From the NCBI GenBank assembly GCA_002633005.1, contig NMRA01000255.1, positions 166,062-230,061 of the forward strand: DNA of 64,000 nt. The letters are read 5' to 3'. A program made the translations under genes and the position numbers. Below the pieces are notes generated by a model. That model was not told where the DNA came from, did not search any database, and saw nothing but the letters and a program-made list of their open reading frames with translations. Source of the stretch: Phoronis australis. Its lineage: Eukaryota > Animalia > Phoronida. Each line of letters starts with the position of its first letter. The stretch's first letter is position 1. Positions 13,545 through 26,300 of this stretch are shown one piece after another.

Positions 13545-14408
13545 TTTGGAAAGCAAGAGGACAAGCGTATTGATATAGCAGTTTAAGAGACAGATTATAA
13601 TCCAAAGTTAACTTTCAACAGAAAATCTAAAGATATTTGTCCAGAGTAATATTAATATACTTTCATCAAAATATTTCAGAAATAGGTATTTAAAATTTCT
13701 TGACAAATTATCACAGATACACAGCCTGAACTAATTTGTGCCGTGTACAATTTTTCGTATGGTAGAAAAGAGTCTCGATCGACGTGGCCATCATTCTTGA
13801 AATGGACACTAGATGGCACTGAGGGTACATGTGATCGGTCACGCCGTGGGTCACGCCTGGCCAGGATCGTGTGATTGATGCCATTCATTGTTTTGCTACC
13901 AATGCACCTTTCTTTTCGCTAAATTTCACTAAAAAGACATGGTCACGTGACTTAATTAATAAAAGATCGATAAAACGTCAAATATCAAAGTTTCGACTTT
14001 CAGAAAATATACTTCATACTAAGTTAAAAATATACTTTTCTAGGATAAATGCACATACTTGTCGACTTCTCCCTCAGTGCTACAACAACCCAGATATTTT
14101 ATTTTTTTCAATTCATTAGCGGTGACTACAAAAAAATAACAATATAGCTTTTGATATGAAGAAATGTTTTCACTGATAAATACCTATTACCGGGAAGAGA
14201 CGGTATCTCTTCCTGCTATTACTAACTAGTGTGTAAGAGTAACACTAGGTCGTGCGGCAGAGTAGGACAACAAAAGAACATCGTCGAATTGAAGTACGCA
14301 AACCAATCATTTTATTTATTGATCAAGAGTGCGGAGACGAGTTTCCTCATCAGGGCAACCTTTCGTGATAGCTGTCAAAAGCGGGTTTTACTCCGCATTT
14401 TTGGCAGA
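13545..14408. promoter_or_regulatory. Putative bidirectional promoter shared by DDOST and the TTC17-like gene
   Basis: Divergent ATGs are at 13544 (-) and 14409 (+). The interval contains GACGTGGC (13781-13788, XBP1/UPRE-like), the palindrome GTCACGTGAC (13942-13951, USF/TFEB CLEAR-type E-box) and a CTCF-like TGGACACTAGATGGCACT (13803-13820). Function is inferred from motifs only. Confidence 0.65.
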
Positions 14409-17400
14409 ATGGCGGGCGATTTGCCATGTACGTCATTTATGGCACTGTACGTAATTTCTATACATTTGATTCATGGAAATTCACGGCAATCTAATCACTG
14501 GAAATTAAATCTTGATGATGGCAAAGTCACGCAGGAAAATGAAACCAACGTTGATGACGGCGACAAGAAGTCGGAAGAGAATCCAAATGATTTTGTGATG
14601 GACATTCTAACTAAAAAGGAAACTCTCAGTGACGGCGGTTGGCGAATAGATAAAGACTTGAATTGTGAAGAATGTGAAAGGTATAATACTCCACTTTGGT
14701 TAAAAGTTGAATTGCAGTCTTGAGACCAAGCCTAGGCTATGCGAAGGTTTCATACAATTGTCATTATTGACTGGACTGGTTTTTGACCATTGACTATCTA
14801 GATGGTTTTGCAAAGTTTCTGCTGTTGTTTTCCTGGACACAATTCACACCAACCAAGGTTGCATAGTTACAATCCTGATACTACATTGTGTTGAATGAGC
14901 CAATCGGAAGTTCAAAAATGTTGGAAGAGTCATTAAGACAATTAACACATAGCAACAGTGTATACAGAATTGACAGTGTACCCATGATCAACACCTTTAT
15001 GATTTTGTTCAAGATTAAACAAGTACTATGTTTTTACTGTTACACTGACAGTTCCACCATTTGAACTGAACTAGCACACAGGCACAGATGGTGATCAGGC
15101 CATATTGCTGCCATATGACAAAAGGTATTCAGCAAATTATGCCCCACACTGGCCAAATCATCAAATGCACATTGTTGAGCATAAAATGACACCATTGGAG
15201 GCCATTGAAAACTTAAATTCCTTCCAACTCAAACAAATACTTCGGTAATTAAGATTCCTTTCCAATTGCATACATCTCTTCATTCGTCAACAATGCCATT
15301 TTGTCTAAGTCCGAGAAAACCAACCCTGGTGGCTAAGTTTCAAGCAGCAATGAACTCTGGAGAATCTCCGATGTAGTGTGTTAGTGAATGACTAAGTCCC
15401 GAGGTCACGAGCTCGACCTCGATACGATTTAAAGATTTACATGTAATGCAATCAAAACAGAAATGGCTCAGTTCCCAATTTTGATTAACGAAAGACTATT
15501 CGAAAAGAATTGTTAATCGCGGGAGTATTTGTTTAAGTCGAAAGGATTTAAACCCCCCAAGTACCTCCGATCCAACTACACTTAAAGGGTAGAAATTTGA
15601 CTTTGACTGTTTAGCCAGGGTTAAGCTTAATTTTCAGAAAATCTAACGGCGTAGTGGCTACATTAGGGTGTGTTGTCACTATACTGTTACAGTGAATTGT
15701 AGTCAACTTGAGTCTAGGACGGTCAAACAGCAACATGTACTAGATACCATTTAGTAACTACTTGGTAAGCAAACACTAGCATGTATTAAACCTTACTGAT
15801 ATCCAGTTGGATTATCTTCACATGTGTTATTGTCAGACAAAACGGACACAATGTTATCTTGGTTGTTGGGCTCCAAAAGCAGTGCTGAGTGTCCAACCAG
15901 TTTTTACTTTTGGATCTAGGCTTTATTTCTTCTGCTTGCCTTACTCGTAAATTGCCTCTTTGGCAAACCGTTTCTGAGCTGCATGTTGTTTGGCTGTTCT
16001 TGGTGTCACTGACTCGTGGATGAGACGGTCTCGCCACCTGATGACTGTCCGTTGAGTTATGGGGTGTTTGTCATGGGTACACTCAACCAAATGAATTGTC
16101 TTTTTAATATTGCTTGTAAATTTTTAATCTCTTGATTGATTTTCTCTTAGGTGATATAATTTGAAATCCCAGGAAATATTATTATGTAAGAATTTATGGA
16201 AGTGCAACATATGATAAAAAGTTGTCAAAAATGGGTACACACTGTTGCTATGGTGAAAATTTTCCAGTTTGGAGCAGTCGCTAAAATTTGGGACACCAAA
16301 ATTCAAGTCAATAGTGAAATTTCTTGATTCTGAGGATTGCAACATGGGTGATTTTGACATTCAGAGCATTTCTCAAATATGTTGTTTTGTGTCAACAGAG
16401 TCTCAAAGTAGACTTGGCTGTTCATAAAAGCATCAAAAATAGGCACCAATACATTTCCATACATCCCCATAGTCCTCAACATCAAAGTGAATGATCTTTT
16501 GCCGTTAGCCGTTATTCTTGAATTTGGACCGCCAATATTGACTATTTCTAATATTTGGTACAAGCTGTGGCCTTGACTAAAATAATTAATTTTTCCCTGC
16601 CCCAAACTGGAGAATTTTCACCGTAATATTTCTGCCAAGAACTGTTAGATAGAGCTGAATCATGATTTGCTTTGGATGAAATGTATGAAAATGTTACATG
16701 ATTTTGGATGGAAGTCAAGAAAAGCATCTTTTTAAAGTACAGATTTCTGTTGTACAAATAAAATTTTGCTATGGTAAGAAAAAAAATGAAGTGAGGCATT
16801 TGGATGATTATTGGCTGATTAAGAATGGTTGAGTGAAATGATCTAGCTAACAACTTGAGCAAACTTGTTTGTTCTCCATTGAATTTCGTAACGTGTCATT
16901 TCAAAAGATTGTTTCACATGTTCATCAATTAGAAATGTGAACAAGATGAATAGATCTCTTGCTTATTTCTAAACTTGGGACAAAATCACCATATCACTAC
17001 AACCTGCACGTGGAACCCTGCATGAGGACCCACAAATGTCAGGTGGATTCCTGGTGTACAAAAACAGGTTGGCGTCATCACGCCAAGGGAAGTGGCTAAA
17101 AAATCCACCTTGCTTCTTATCCCGCTTAAAGTCTATTGTTAACACAAAGCTATGTTAGTAGATCTGCTAAAACAATTTTGGCATTTACCAAAGATTGCAT
17201 TGCTGATTATTGTCAATTTTTGCTTATAACAATTGAGTGACTAAAAGATTCATCATATTTTTGTGTTATTTCAGAAATAGGAAAAATGTTTTAAGAGATA
17301 CTGGTAATACGAAACATGGTATCAAGCCAAAGACGACGTTGGATTGTGGAAAACCTGCAAACAGCACACAGTATGACCACTTGAGGGGCGTGGCCAGTCG

Positions 17401-19187
17401 GAAGGAACACCCGTCAATGCCAGAACCTGAAGTAGCCATGATATTCAACAATAAAAAGGGCAAACGCAGCTCTCAAGTGGACATGAATGACTTAGAACGA
17501 AAATTACGAAAGTTAAAACAAGAGGTGAGAGATAAATTGTATAAAGAATTAACGGTACACACCTACATGTAATCTCGTTTAATTCTGTCTTCCATCATGA
17601 GGGCTAACTCCTTTAGCGCTAAAAGTAATGACTCAATAGTTTGTCATACTCCTAACTATAGTACTATTTTTGTATAACATTTTCACCTTGTTATAAGGAG
17701 TATAATAAAATCTAATATACTTGCTCCCCAAAAATTTGTGCCTTATTAGAACTGCAATGTAATCCAATGATACAGGAACAGATTGTGTAAATTACCCATC
17801 GTTCGCGGTTGTGATGGAAGGCTACTGTCACGATGCGTGGGCTTGCTCTCAGCTGTCGGGATGGGGAATTACGGATCATTCTGTCCAGTTACTTTTGGTG
17901 ACTGTAATATTAGCAACTGCAAAACTCAGGTTGTTATGTAAAGAGTTTTTGGAAAAAAATACTAAAAAAGTTTTTCCTCACAATGAAATAATTGACTCAA
18001 CTCTCTACTTGTGATCACAGTAGTTTGATTACATTTTGCAATGTCCTTGCTGAATCAGCATGTCAGTCACAGAGACAAGCCCTAATGACCATGTTTTAGG
18101 ATAGCTTGATCTTGGTAAAGGTGTGACTGTGGCAGGGACCTGATTGTGCAGGCATGATAGATATAGTGACTGTCACCAAAGACGTGTCCATAACAGTGAC
18201 TTGATGAAGGATGTATGGCTAGTCTTATCTGTCACAGTTTCATGATGGGGTTTGTTAGGTCTCTGCATTGCTTAATGAGGGCATCATGACAAGCACAGTA
18301 TGTAGTGTCTTCATGGTGTGATAATGGTTGATTTGAGTTTAATTCAACGATCTAATGGAGGCACAATATTCCCGAAGCAGTCTTAATGAGGAATAAGTCC
18401 TATTTTTATTATCTGAACAAATGGAGACAGGAAGATGTTTACCATCATAAGGATATTTTGTAGGCTAACAGTTTCACATGACAGCCTGACTACATGCATT
18501 AGCTAGGACCGTTATCTCTGTAATACTTCCTGTTGAAATTCAAGCTTCAATTATCGTGATGTAAATGGCTTATGCTAGTGATTGTTTTTGTCTTTTCAGA
18601 AACCAAAATCAGCCCAAACACATAATCAGATAGGCAACTTCTGGAGGATCAAAGGCAACACACAACTGTCGATAGAATGCTTTAGAAAAGCCTTGTCAAT
18701 ATCACCTGACAACCCGGACATTTTACTCAATCTTGCACGTGTTCTCTTCAACCTGCAGTACTTGGACGATGCCATATTTTTAACGCGGAGGTCACTCGCC
18801 ATGCAGAGCCCTGACCAGAACTCATGGCTACAGCATTTTACGTTGGGAGAAATTTTGAAGGCATATGGCCACTTTCAGGAATCATCGTTGCATTTTCGAC
18901 ACACACTTGATTTGAATCCAGGTTTCCAGCCTGCACAGGCCTATTTACGAGAAATGGAGACGAATCACCCAGGAACAGTTACCTATTATACATTATTTAT
19001 TATATTCTTCCTGGTTTTCGGAGTGCTTATTGGAATTGTTCTTTCGATTGACAATTTAGAATCAGATTGTCCAGAAAATATGAAAACTTCTCGGCATTTT
19101 AACCGTGCTATGGCTATGCGCTCCATAAAGCTGGGTATTAGCCCAAACAAAATCATGAAAATGAGAAAATTGAATAACAATTACTAG
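14409..19187 (+). CDS. TTC17-like tetratricopeptide-repeat protein with signal peptide and C-terminal transmembrane helix, 3 exons, 369 aa
   Basis: Exons 14409-14680, 17275-17524 and 18600-19187 (GT-AG, phases 2 and 0, 1110 nt). A hydrophobic N-terminus is followed by HWKLNLDDGKV, which resembles the TTC17 N-terminal HWVVTEDGKI (recalled). The TPR block HNQIGNFWRIKGNTQLSIECFRKAL...DILLNLARVL...HFTLGEILKAYG...LDLNPGFQPA resembles TTC17 TPR units. TM helix: YYTLFIIFFLVFGVLIGIVLSI. AATAAA at 19277-19282. An extra in-frame exon inside intron 1 cannot be excluded. Confidence 0.85.
15132..15370 (+). repeat. Dispersed repeat, copy B (related to 12648-12850)
   Basis: Colinear similarity to 12648-12850 as described for copy A. 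Confidence 0.7.
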
Positions 19188-19599
19188 GTTGAAGATTTAG
19201 TAATTTCAAAAGCTACTGTCATGAATTTTGACTCGAAACGTCTTCGTTTGTACCATCTGATAGACAGTTAAAATTCAATAAAATGTGATGCAGATTAATC
19301 TCGTCTATTGGTTCCTTTAGTGAATAGTGACATCAGTAATTTCATACAAAGTGCTCCAAATGTCTACTCACATTTCGTTACAACGCTGGAGTTCCAAAAT
19401 GAATTGATTTCCATGGGACAGGGCCTACCATAGAGCTTCACCTTGCTGTGAAAGTTGGCCTGTGAGCACTCGTGTGCCTGATTACCCCTTTATTAAATAA
19501 TTTAAACTACTAGTCTTGTTCCTATTAAGTCAATAGTTAATCAGTTACTGTCATTTGAAGCTGAGCACATTTTTGGAACACCCTGTACATATGTGGGAG

Positions 19600-20350
19600 C
19601 AATTTGCCGTCATCTCTCTGGGTTTATAGCGCATGGCATTTGCCTCCCCATTTTCCAAACTTGGCTCGTGTTACTGTAGACGATATGGATGACGAAGTCT
19701 TTCGGACAAATTTCACTACTGCTGTACATTTACTTTTACATCTGCCCAGTACCTCTATCAATCCTTACTAAACTTGGCAGATAGGTGTAATTTAGTAAGG
19801 ATATGACGTCTGCCAATTTTTAAATAGCTCCATAATGCTGTGCACATTGTAGTGTCAATGTGAGGATTTTGATTTTTGTTTTTGTCATCTGCCTCCGTAT
19901 CTGCCAAATATTTCTAAGGATCATCCTGAAGTTTGAGGGATGTTTTCCTGTTAATGAGAGAATGACGGATGTTGATTTTCAAACAGATCCGAATACCATT
20001 GTGCCCCTTAGTGGCAGTTTAAATTTTCTCGTCTGAAGGATTGTCAGACTACTGTTGTGACCCCATGTGGCAAAATCAGGTTTTTGTATATGCCTTTGTG
20101 AAATGGTGAAATTTTGATGCGTTTCAATATAGATGCCACCTGACCATTTTTACCCAGCTTCAGCATGTTTTGTGCCCCCTAGTGGCTTTATTGTTCGTTT
20201 TTTTATCTTTCTCATCTGTGAAGCAGTTTGAAGAATGCTTACAAAATTTGACGCGATAAAATGGCAAAAATACCAGCCGTGTTTTGGATAATTTGAACTG
20301 TTGATTTGCGCTCTAGCAGCAGCTTTATTTTTAGCATTTGTATCGACATC
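19600..20350 (-). repeat. Dispersed repeat carrying CTCF-like motifs (inverted relative of 10880-11280)
   Basis: Contains GTGCCCCTTAGTGGCA (20001-20016) and GTGCCCCCTAGTGGC (20172-20186), with flanking similarity to 10880-11280. Boundaries are approximate. Confidence 0.5.
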
Positions 20351-23300
20351 TAGCTTGCATATTCAAGGAGTACTAACAAATTTATGTATATTTATTTGCA
20401 TTGATCACGATTTGGTAAGAATGACTGGCCTTGATTATTGGATGGATGAATCCGATTACTGCAGTGCCTCTGTAGGGGAATACATTTGCCAATTTTCAAA
20501 TACCCAGCACAGTACCTGAAGTCACAATTTTAAGTTCACTAGCATTGATTGCTTGTATGAAAATATTGGAAAGAAAGGAGCTCCCCTTATTTATAAGTGA
20601 CTAAGTTCTAGAATTGTCAAGTAGTTTCAAAGCTTTTTAACCATCAGAAAATCTGGCAACAAAATATTCTACTGGCCTTACGGTTGCATTCTGAAGGTTT
20701 GGGACAGTTTACGAGATCCACTACCAGAATGAAGCTCTCAATTTTAGCTGTTCATTAACTTAAACAACAGGAACCATCAACAAAGATTACTGTACTAATA
20801 TCTAAAAATATTTTAATGTGTATTTACATCATATACATTACACATTATAACAATAGCAGACTTTCTATGTCATGACATTTCATGAAAAATCAACGAAATC
20901 ACTTGAAATGCCAACAAATATACGACACTAGTAGCCAACTGACATGACCCTATCATGAAAGCACGTTTTACCAACCCCATAAAAAGAGCCAAAGTTCATG
21001 GAATAAATTAAGCTAAAACGTGAATTGACAGATATCCCAGCTTCATTTAAACAATTATTGTTTCCGTGGTGTTAATAAAACATACAACTTTTCAAATACT
21101 TGTTTGTAAAGGCCCAGTTGCTAGCATTTTGTTTCTGCATTTCATCTGGGTCATCAAACAGGATGCATGTAGATTAAATATGATCTGAACTGTAGATAAA
21201 CAAAACTGCCTCTGCAGTTGCATGCATAATTAATTATGAATGCACTGTTTAAACCTGTTTAACATTGACTGTGACTATAATGAATAAACTCATTCACTCG
21301 TTGACCCATATCATAAGAACGCGCAGACAATGACAGGAAATCACCTCCGAAATAAAACCCTAAGAAAACAGGATTTTTTAAAAAAATTGTTAATAGGCAA
21401 AAACTTCCATTACAATGAAACACAACATAAGCTGCATTTTGCAACCTGGTGCCTTTTACTTCTAAGCCAGTATCCATGCATGGCTTGAAAACTATCATTG
21501 ACTTGCATACAAACATGACATCCAGACATAAGGCCAGTTGGTTCAAACCTCATTTCAAAGCTTATTTTTGAAAAAACTGTTTTCAGACTCAATAATGAAC
21601 TTCTGTAACAATGTTATAGATGACGTCCATGGATTGAATAACTGGCAGATTTATTGTTATCTAAAAAGTGGTAACAAAGATAAATTTCTCTTTTTATCAT
21701 TAGAATAGACTGAGAACAGAAAGTTATTCACAAGAATGGAAGCACTTGTTGGGATAAGAGTTCAGCAGGAGCAACATGCATGGGTATCTACAGGTAAAGA
21801 CCTGCACCATTTAGTGATTCTGAAGTTCCACATTACAGGCTACACGAACAATACAAGTCATAAATGCACAACAATGACCTGATATACGCAGGCCGACTCA
21901 AAAACTTGTGCCCAGACTATTAGCATAGCTAAGTGACTGCCAAACACCGTGTCAGGCTCAGAAAACAGCTTACACACAAAAAACTCAAGTGGGGACTAAA
22001 AACCATAGTGCAAGTACTCCACGTTTGTGATAAGTGGCCAATCAGTCCAGCTTGTGAGAAGGGAGTTTGGCACAGTGTTTTGTTGTCGGTGAACTGTGTT
22101 TGTGACTCAGTGAACTAAGATCACAAAGCCCATGAGCCATGTTCATGAGTAAGGAACTGAGAGTTTGGGTAGCCTGCATTAAGGCCAGGAGAACACTTAT
22201 TAACATTAAAATGCATCTTGGATGTCAACTTAATCATGTTCTTAGTGAGCAAACCTGTAAAAGTTTGAATTCCTTTTAAAAAATCATTGTCTCCATCACT
22301 GAAGCAGAGAAGCCACCAAGACCTCCATATCTGTTAATATAATACTGGGATACATTAAAACGGCAGGTTGTTCCAGGGATTTGGCTAGACTGTGCAAGAT
22401 TACCTTTGACTAGCACAAGATCTCCCTACTGCTTCACAGCCTTACTAGCACACACTAGTAAAACAGACGATCATGGAAGTGATGGAATGGTTATGCCAGA
22501 ATGCTGAATCACCAGAGCATATTATATATTAACACACCCTGACTACTCACTATTTACATTGTATTAACAAAGATTTTTCCCAGCAAAGTGTCTAAAAAAT
22601 GACTGGCCATGTCACTGAATGTGTGTCTAGTTTTAAAAAGTCAAAAGCACAAATACCGGCAAAAGACAATTAAGTACCTAGCAATCAAGACACCACAATG
22701 TACTACAGTTACGGAGCAGCAGCCAATGGTTTACCAGGCGAATTCAGTAACAGAGCTTAGATAGCGTTTACAGAAGTATGGCAAATGAATTGCTCTTTGA
22801 TGAATACTGAAACATATTTCAGGCCACCCATTACAATGTAGCCAGTTGTTGGAAGTACATTGTCATTAAGTCTTGCAGAACAGGAATTTTGTCTATGATT
22901 ATGATCGTTGCAGCTTACATTACAGAGCAGCATATGCAAATTTAGATGGAGGGTTAGTTTCCCTTCCAGACAAGGCCAGAAGAACAAAACATAGCTGGAC
23001 ATGTGAACATTTTCCATTTGCAAATTGTGGCTACCCCCTCCTTTCAACATCCTTTTTCCACCAACAGAAAAGTTCGAGGTAAAACAAAGTAATCCACTTC
23101 TGAGGAAACACATGATTATTCTTTCAACTAATTGTACATCAATCAAATTTACATTGTGTTTGAACTATCCTTAGTGTTGTATGACAACATAAGTTACACA
23201 TTACAGTCTGGTGGTGAACTACAGTGCCACAGTTCACAAGTACTAAATGTATTGATAACACGAAACACATTTTCCCTCATTTTTACCGAAAGAATTTTAA

Positions 23301-23378
23301 GTCAGTCATGCGTTAGGAACACGTACACAGGGCAAATACTGCAATATGTCTTCTTCCAGTTCATCAATGGAGTACAAC

Positions 23379-26300
23379 TCAACTGAACTGAACCCAGTTG
23401 CCATTGTTTGTGGACGAAGAGTTGCTACAAACAGACAAAAACAAGTTTTATTACGTAAACATGCTAATTATCAAATTACATTGGTTTGAAAGTTTCATCA
23501 TAACGGTTTTTCAGCAAGCTTTACACTTGATGATGGATGTCATACACTAAAAAGCTACAATTTACCAGGATCAGGGCGGCATTTGTGAATATGTTAAAAC
23601 TGAAATTTGCTTTGTTTAGTTAGCTAAACTTAATCGAAAAAAATCAAATTAGTCCTTTTACACTCATAAAAATAAGTCTCATAATATTCTTTACCATGAT
23701 AAGATTAGATTTCTGTTACCATCTCAAGTCACTAGCAATGCGTACATGAGCCATGTTTGAATTTACAATATTAGTCTTGGCCAACTCCAGTTAACTCTGA
23801 AGCATTTTTTTGAATTGCTGTTGGTTTCAGTGTTGTTGGTAACAAAAAGATAAACACATTTATGAGTGTAATAGGTGTAATTTGGTTTTCAATTTTATCT
23901 GGCTAAACAGGGAGAAATGAAGCAGTATGACCGTAGGAAAATTTCAAATTTGGCTAACTTTGGAAACATGTCTCAAAAACGGATGCTTGAGCTAGTAAGA
24001 AACTTACTGATGCTATGCATTATGCACTGTTCTACAAAATTAAACGCTATTAAGAATTGTTTTGAAATGTTCCAAAAAATAAGACTCAGTCTATAATTTT
24101 CATGAAAAAAGTCAACAGTTGAACGAAACTTTTTTGAGATTTTATCTCGAGCATTTATATCATACGGAATTTGGTTACAATAATAATACTGTTGTTAGGA
24201 CATTAATGGTCTCTTCAGACAATCTTGCTATGGTGTAGTTTTAGATATCACATAAAGTGTACAGAAAAAATAAGATTAAGTGTGATAGGCATTTCAACAT
24301 GTCAGTTGAGTAGGTCAGACATTTGGCTTGCAGGTGTTGTTTTAAAGACAGCTCGTTCTTTCTTAAAAAGCAATAAGTTGTAAGTTCTCGTCAGTCCACA
24401 AATCACCTCAAGAAGACAGAATTCTAGAAATAAATCAGTGATTTTTACAAAAGGAAAGTGTTTTGTACGAGGCAAGATGGCCACTTTACTGAGAGCAAAC
24501 AACAAATGCATTGACTACAAGAGCAACATATTTCAAACTGATACAACGCCACCTATACATCAAAACATAAACTACTAAATGTTAGACTTTGAAGTTTGTG
24601 TACAACAGAAAGTTTATGCAGCTTTAACAAAACATAAAATACCTTGCACTGGTGAAGTCTCCCCAAGGATCATTCTGGGCAGGAGGAGCTAGGGCTTGTT
24701 GTTGGTTTTGTTGTTGTGACTGTGTGGAAGGTGGAGAAGCACCAAAATCAAGCAATAAATCTGCACTACCCATCTGTGGCGTCGCTTGCGGCTGGACAGC
24801 AGCTGGTTGCGGTGCAGGTGGTGCCGCAAACGGTTTTGCAGCTCCCCCTGGTGGTGGTGCTATCTTGGCGCCTGGTGGGGGTGGTAAGAATCCTACCCCG
24901 CCTCCCTGGGGCTTAGGTCGTGCCTTTGCATCTGCTTTCCTGGCCTGTTGTGACGAAACATCCATATAAAAAAGAATGAAAATGACTTGCATTGAAACGG
25001 CAATAGTCTTGACGGATAAGTTATTACTGAACATGTCAACACGACTCACTAACTCCATCATTTAACAATCAAAACACCATGTAATGCAAATAAAGAAGGT
25101 GATAGCAGCTTTGATTAACATTCCAGTGTTATACTATTTCAGCCAATAGATAAAGTTCAAACCACCATACCCCTCCAATATTAATTTTTATTGTTTGGCC
25201 TTCTTTGAAACCCAAGTCAAGTTTGGGTCCACTGTCAAAAGCTGCACTTGAGTTCGCAGCCTCTTTTTCCTTTTTCAAGTACCTGTAAGCATTTACATGT
25301 TTATACATGTATGTACTAAGAAGAGGTAGCAAGCATTTATATATAAAGCATCACAGATTCTGCCAGTCATGAGGTAACTTATCCAGAAATGTGTGGAAAG
25401 CATTTAAATCAAGACTAATAAAAATACTGCAATGAGATTTATACTCAAAATCTATCAGAAATTTTGGTTTGCTGCAGGTGACTTAATAATTTTTACTAGA
25501 ACACTTCTGGAGATGTTTGAGAATTATTCTACAAATTTAGCAATAGTGTTTGATTTCCAGCACCCTCCGTCACAAGAATCAAACTTTTGACTTTCCCCAC
25601 TTACCGTTAAGAAATTGGTCTCAAATTGTTCCTTCACCAAATTGGAGGGGATTTCGAGACGTTAAATGAATTGACAGTTCATTATTGCTTGAGAACAGGC
25701 TCTAGAAGTTGGCTTATCACAGTGAGTTATATAACGCGTCACACACGGTCTCCAGGAATAACAAAGTATCAATTCTTTACAAAACCAAGAAATCACTTCC
25801 TCTCTAAGTAAAGAACAACTTGAGACCAGAGTTTGATTCTCGGACATCGGTACGTGAGTTTATAGACGCTTTCTCTTTACGTTTATGTATAAATATATAA
25901 CAAATAACCATTAATTAGGGCTCCACACAATGACCACTAGGCAGATAATTTTGACCTGGAAAATTGTACAAGTTGACGTCATTCATCTTGAAACAAAACT
26001 CAGTCAACATGATTTCCAAGCAATTTTCGACCTGGTAAAATGCGAACAGCTAATTGAATTGACATAGTGTAAACGCTCGAGATTCATGTTTTGGTTCCTG
26101 ATGGTTTCATTCAGGACATTGAGCATCAACAGCAGAATCTTGCTGTTTCAACATGTGTTCATTCAACAATACAGTGATACAAAGCAAAGAGAGCAATGAC
26201 ACTATCATTGAATAAAACTTCTAACCGACGGTTAATAAGAAAAAAAAATTAGGTTTAAAGTACTTAAACCCTCATTTACCTGTGGTTGACCAGGGACTAC

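Noticed and set aside
13031-13564. Minus-strand ORFs of 66 and 108 aa
   Set aside because: One lies in a GC-rich MITE and the other is an off-frame reading across DDOST exon 1 and intron 1.
13680-14188. 12-bp inverted match AATAGGTATTTA / TAAATACCTATT in the divergent promoter
   Set aside because: It is short and AT-rich with no TSD or extended pairing, so it may be chance.
14229-14408. N-terminal extension of the TPR gene from a GTG start in the ORF track
   Set aside because: The start is non-ATG. ATG 14409 has good context and directly precedes the hydrophobic signal-like segment.
24652-24969. Gly/Ala/Cys-rich plus-strand ORFs
   Set aside because: They are antisense shadows of the Pro-rich NECAP exon 6.
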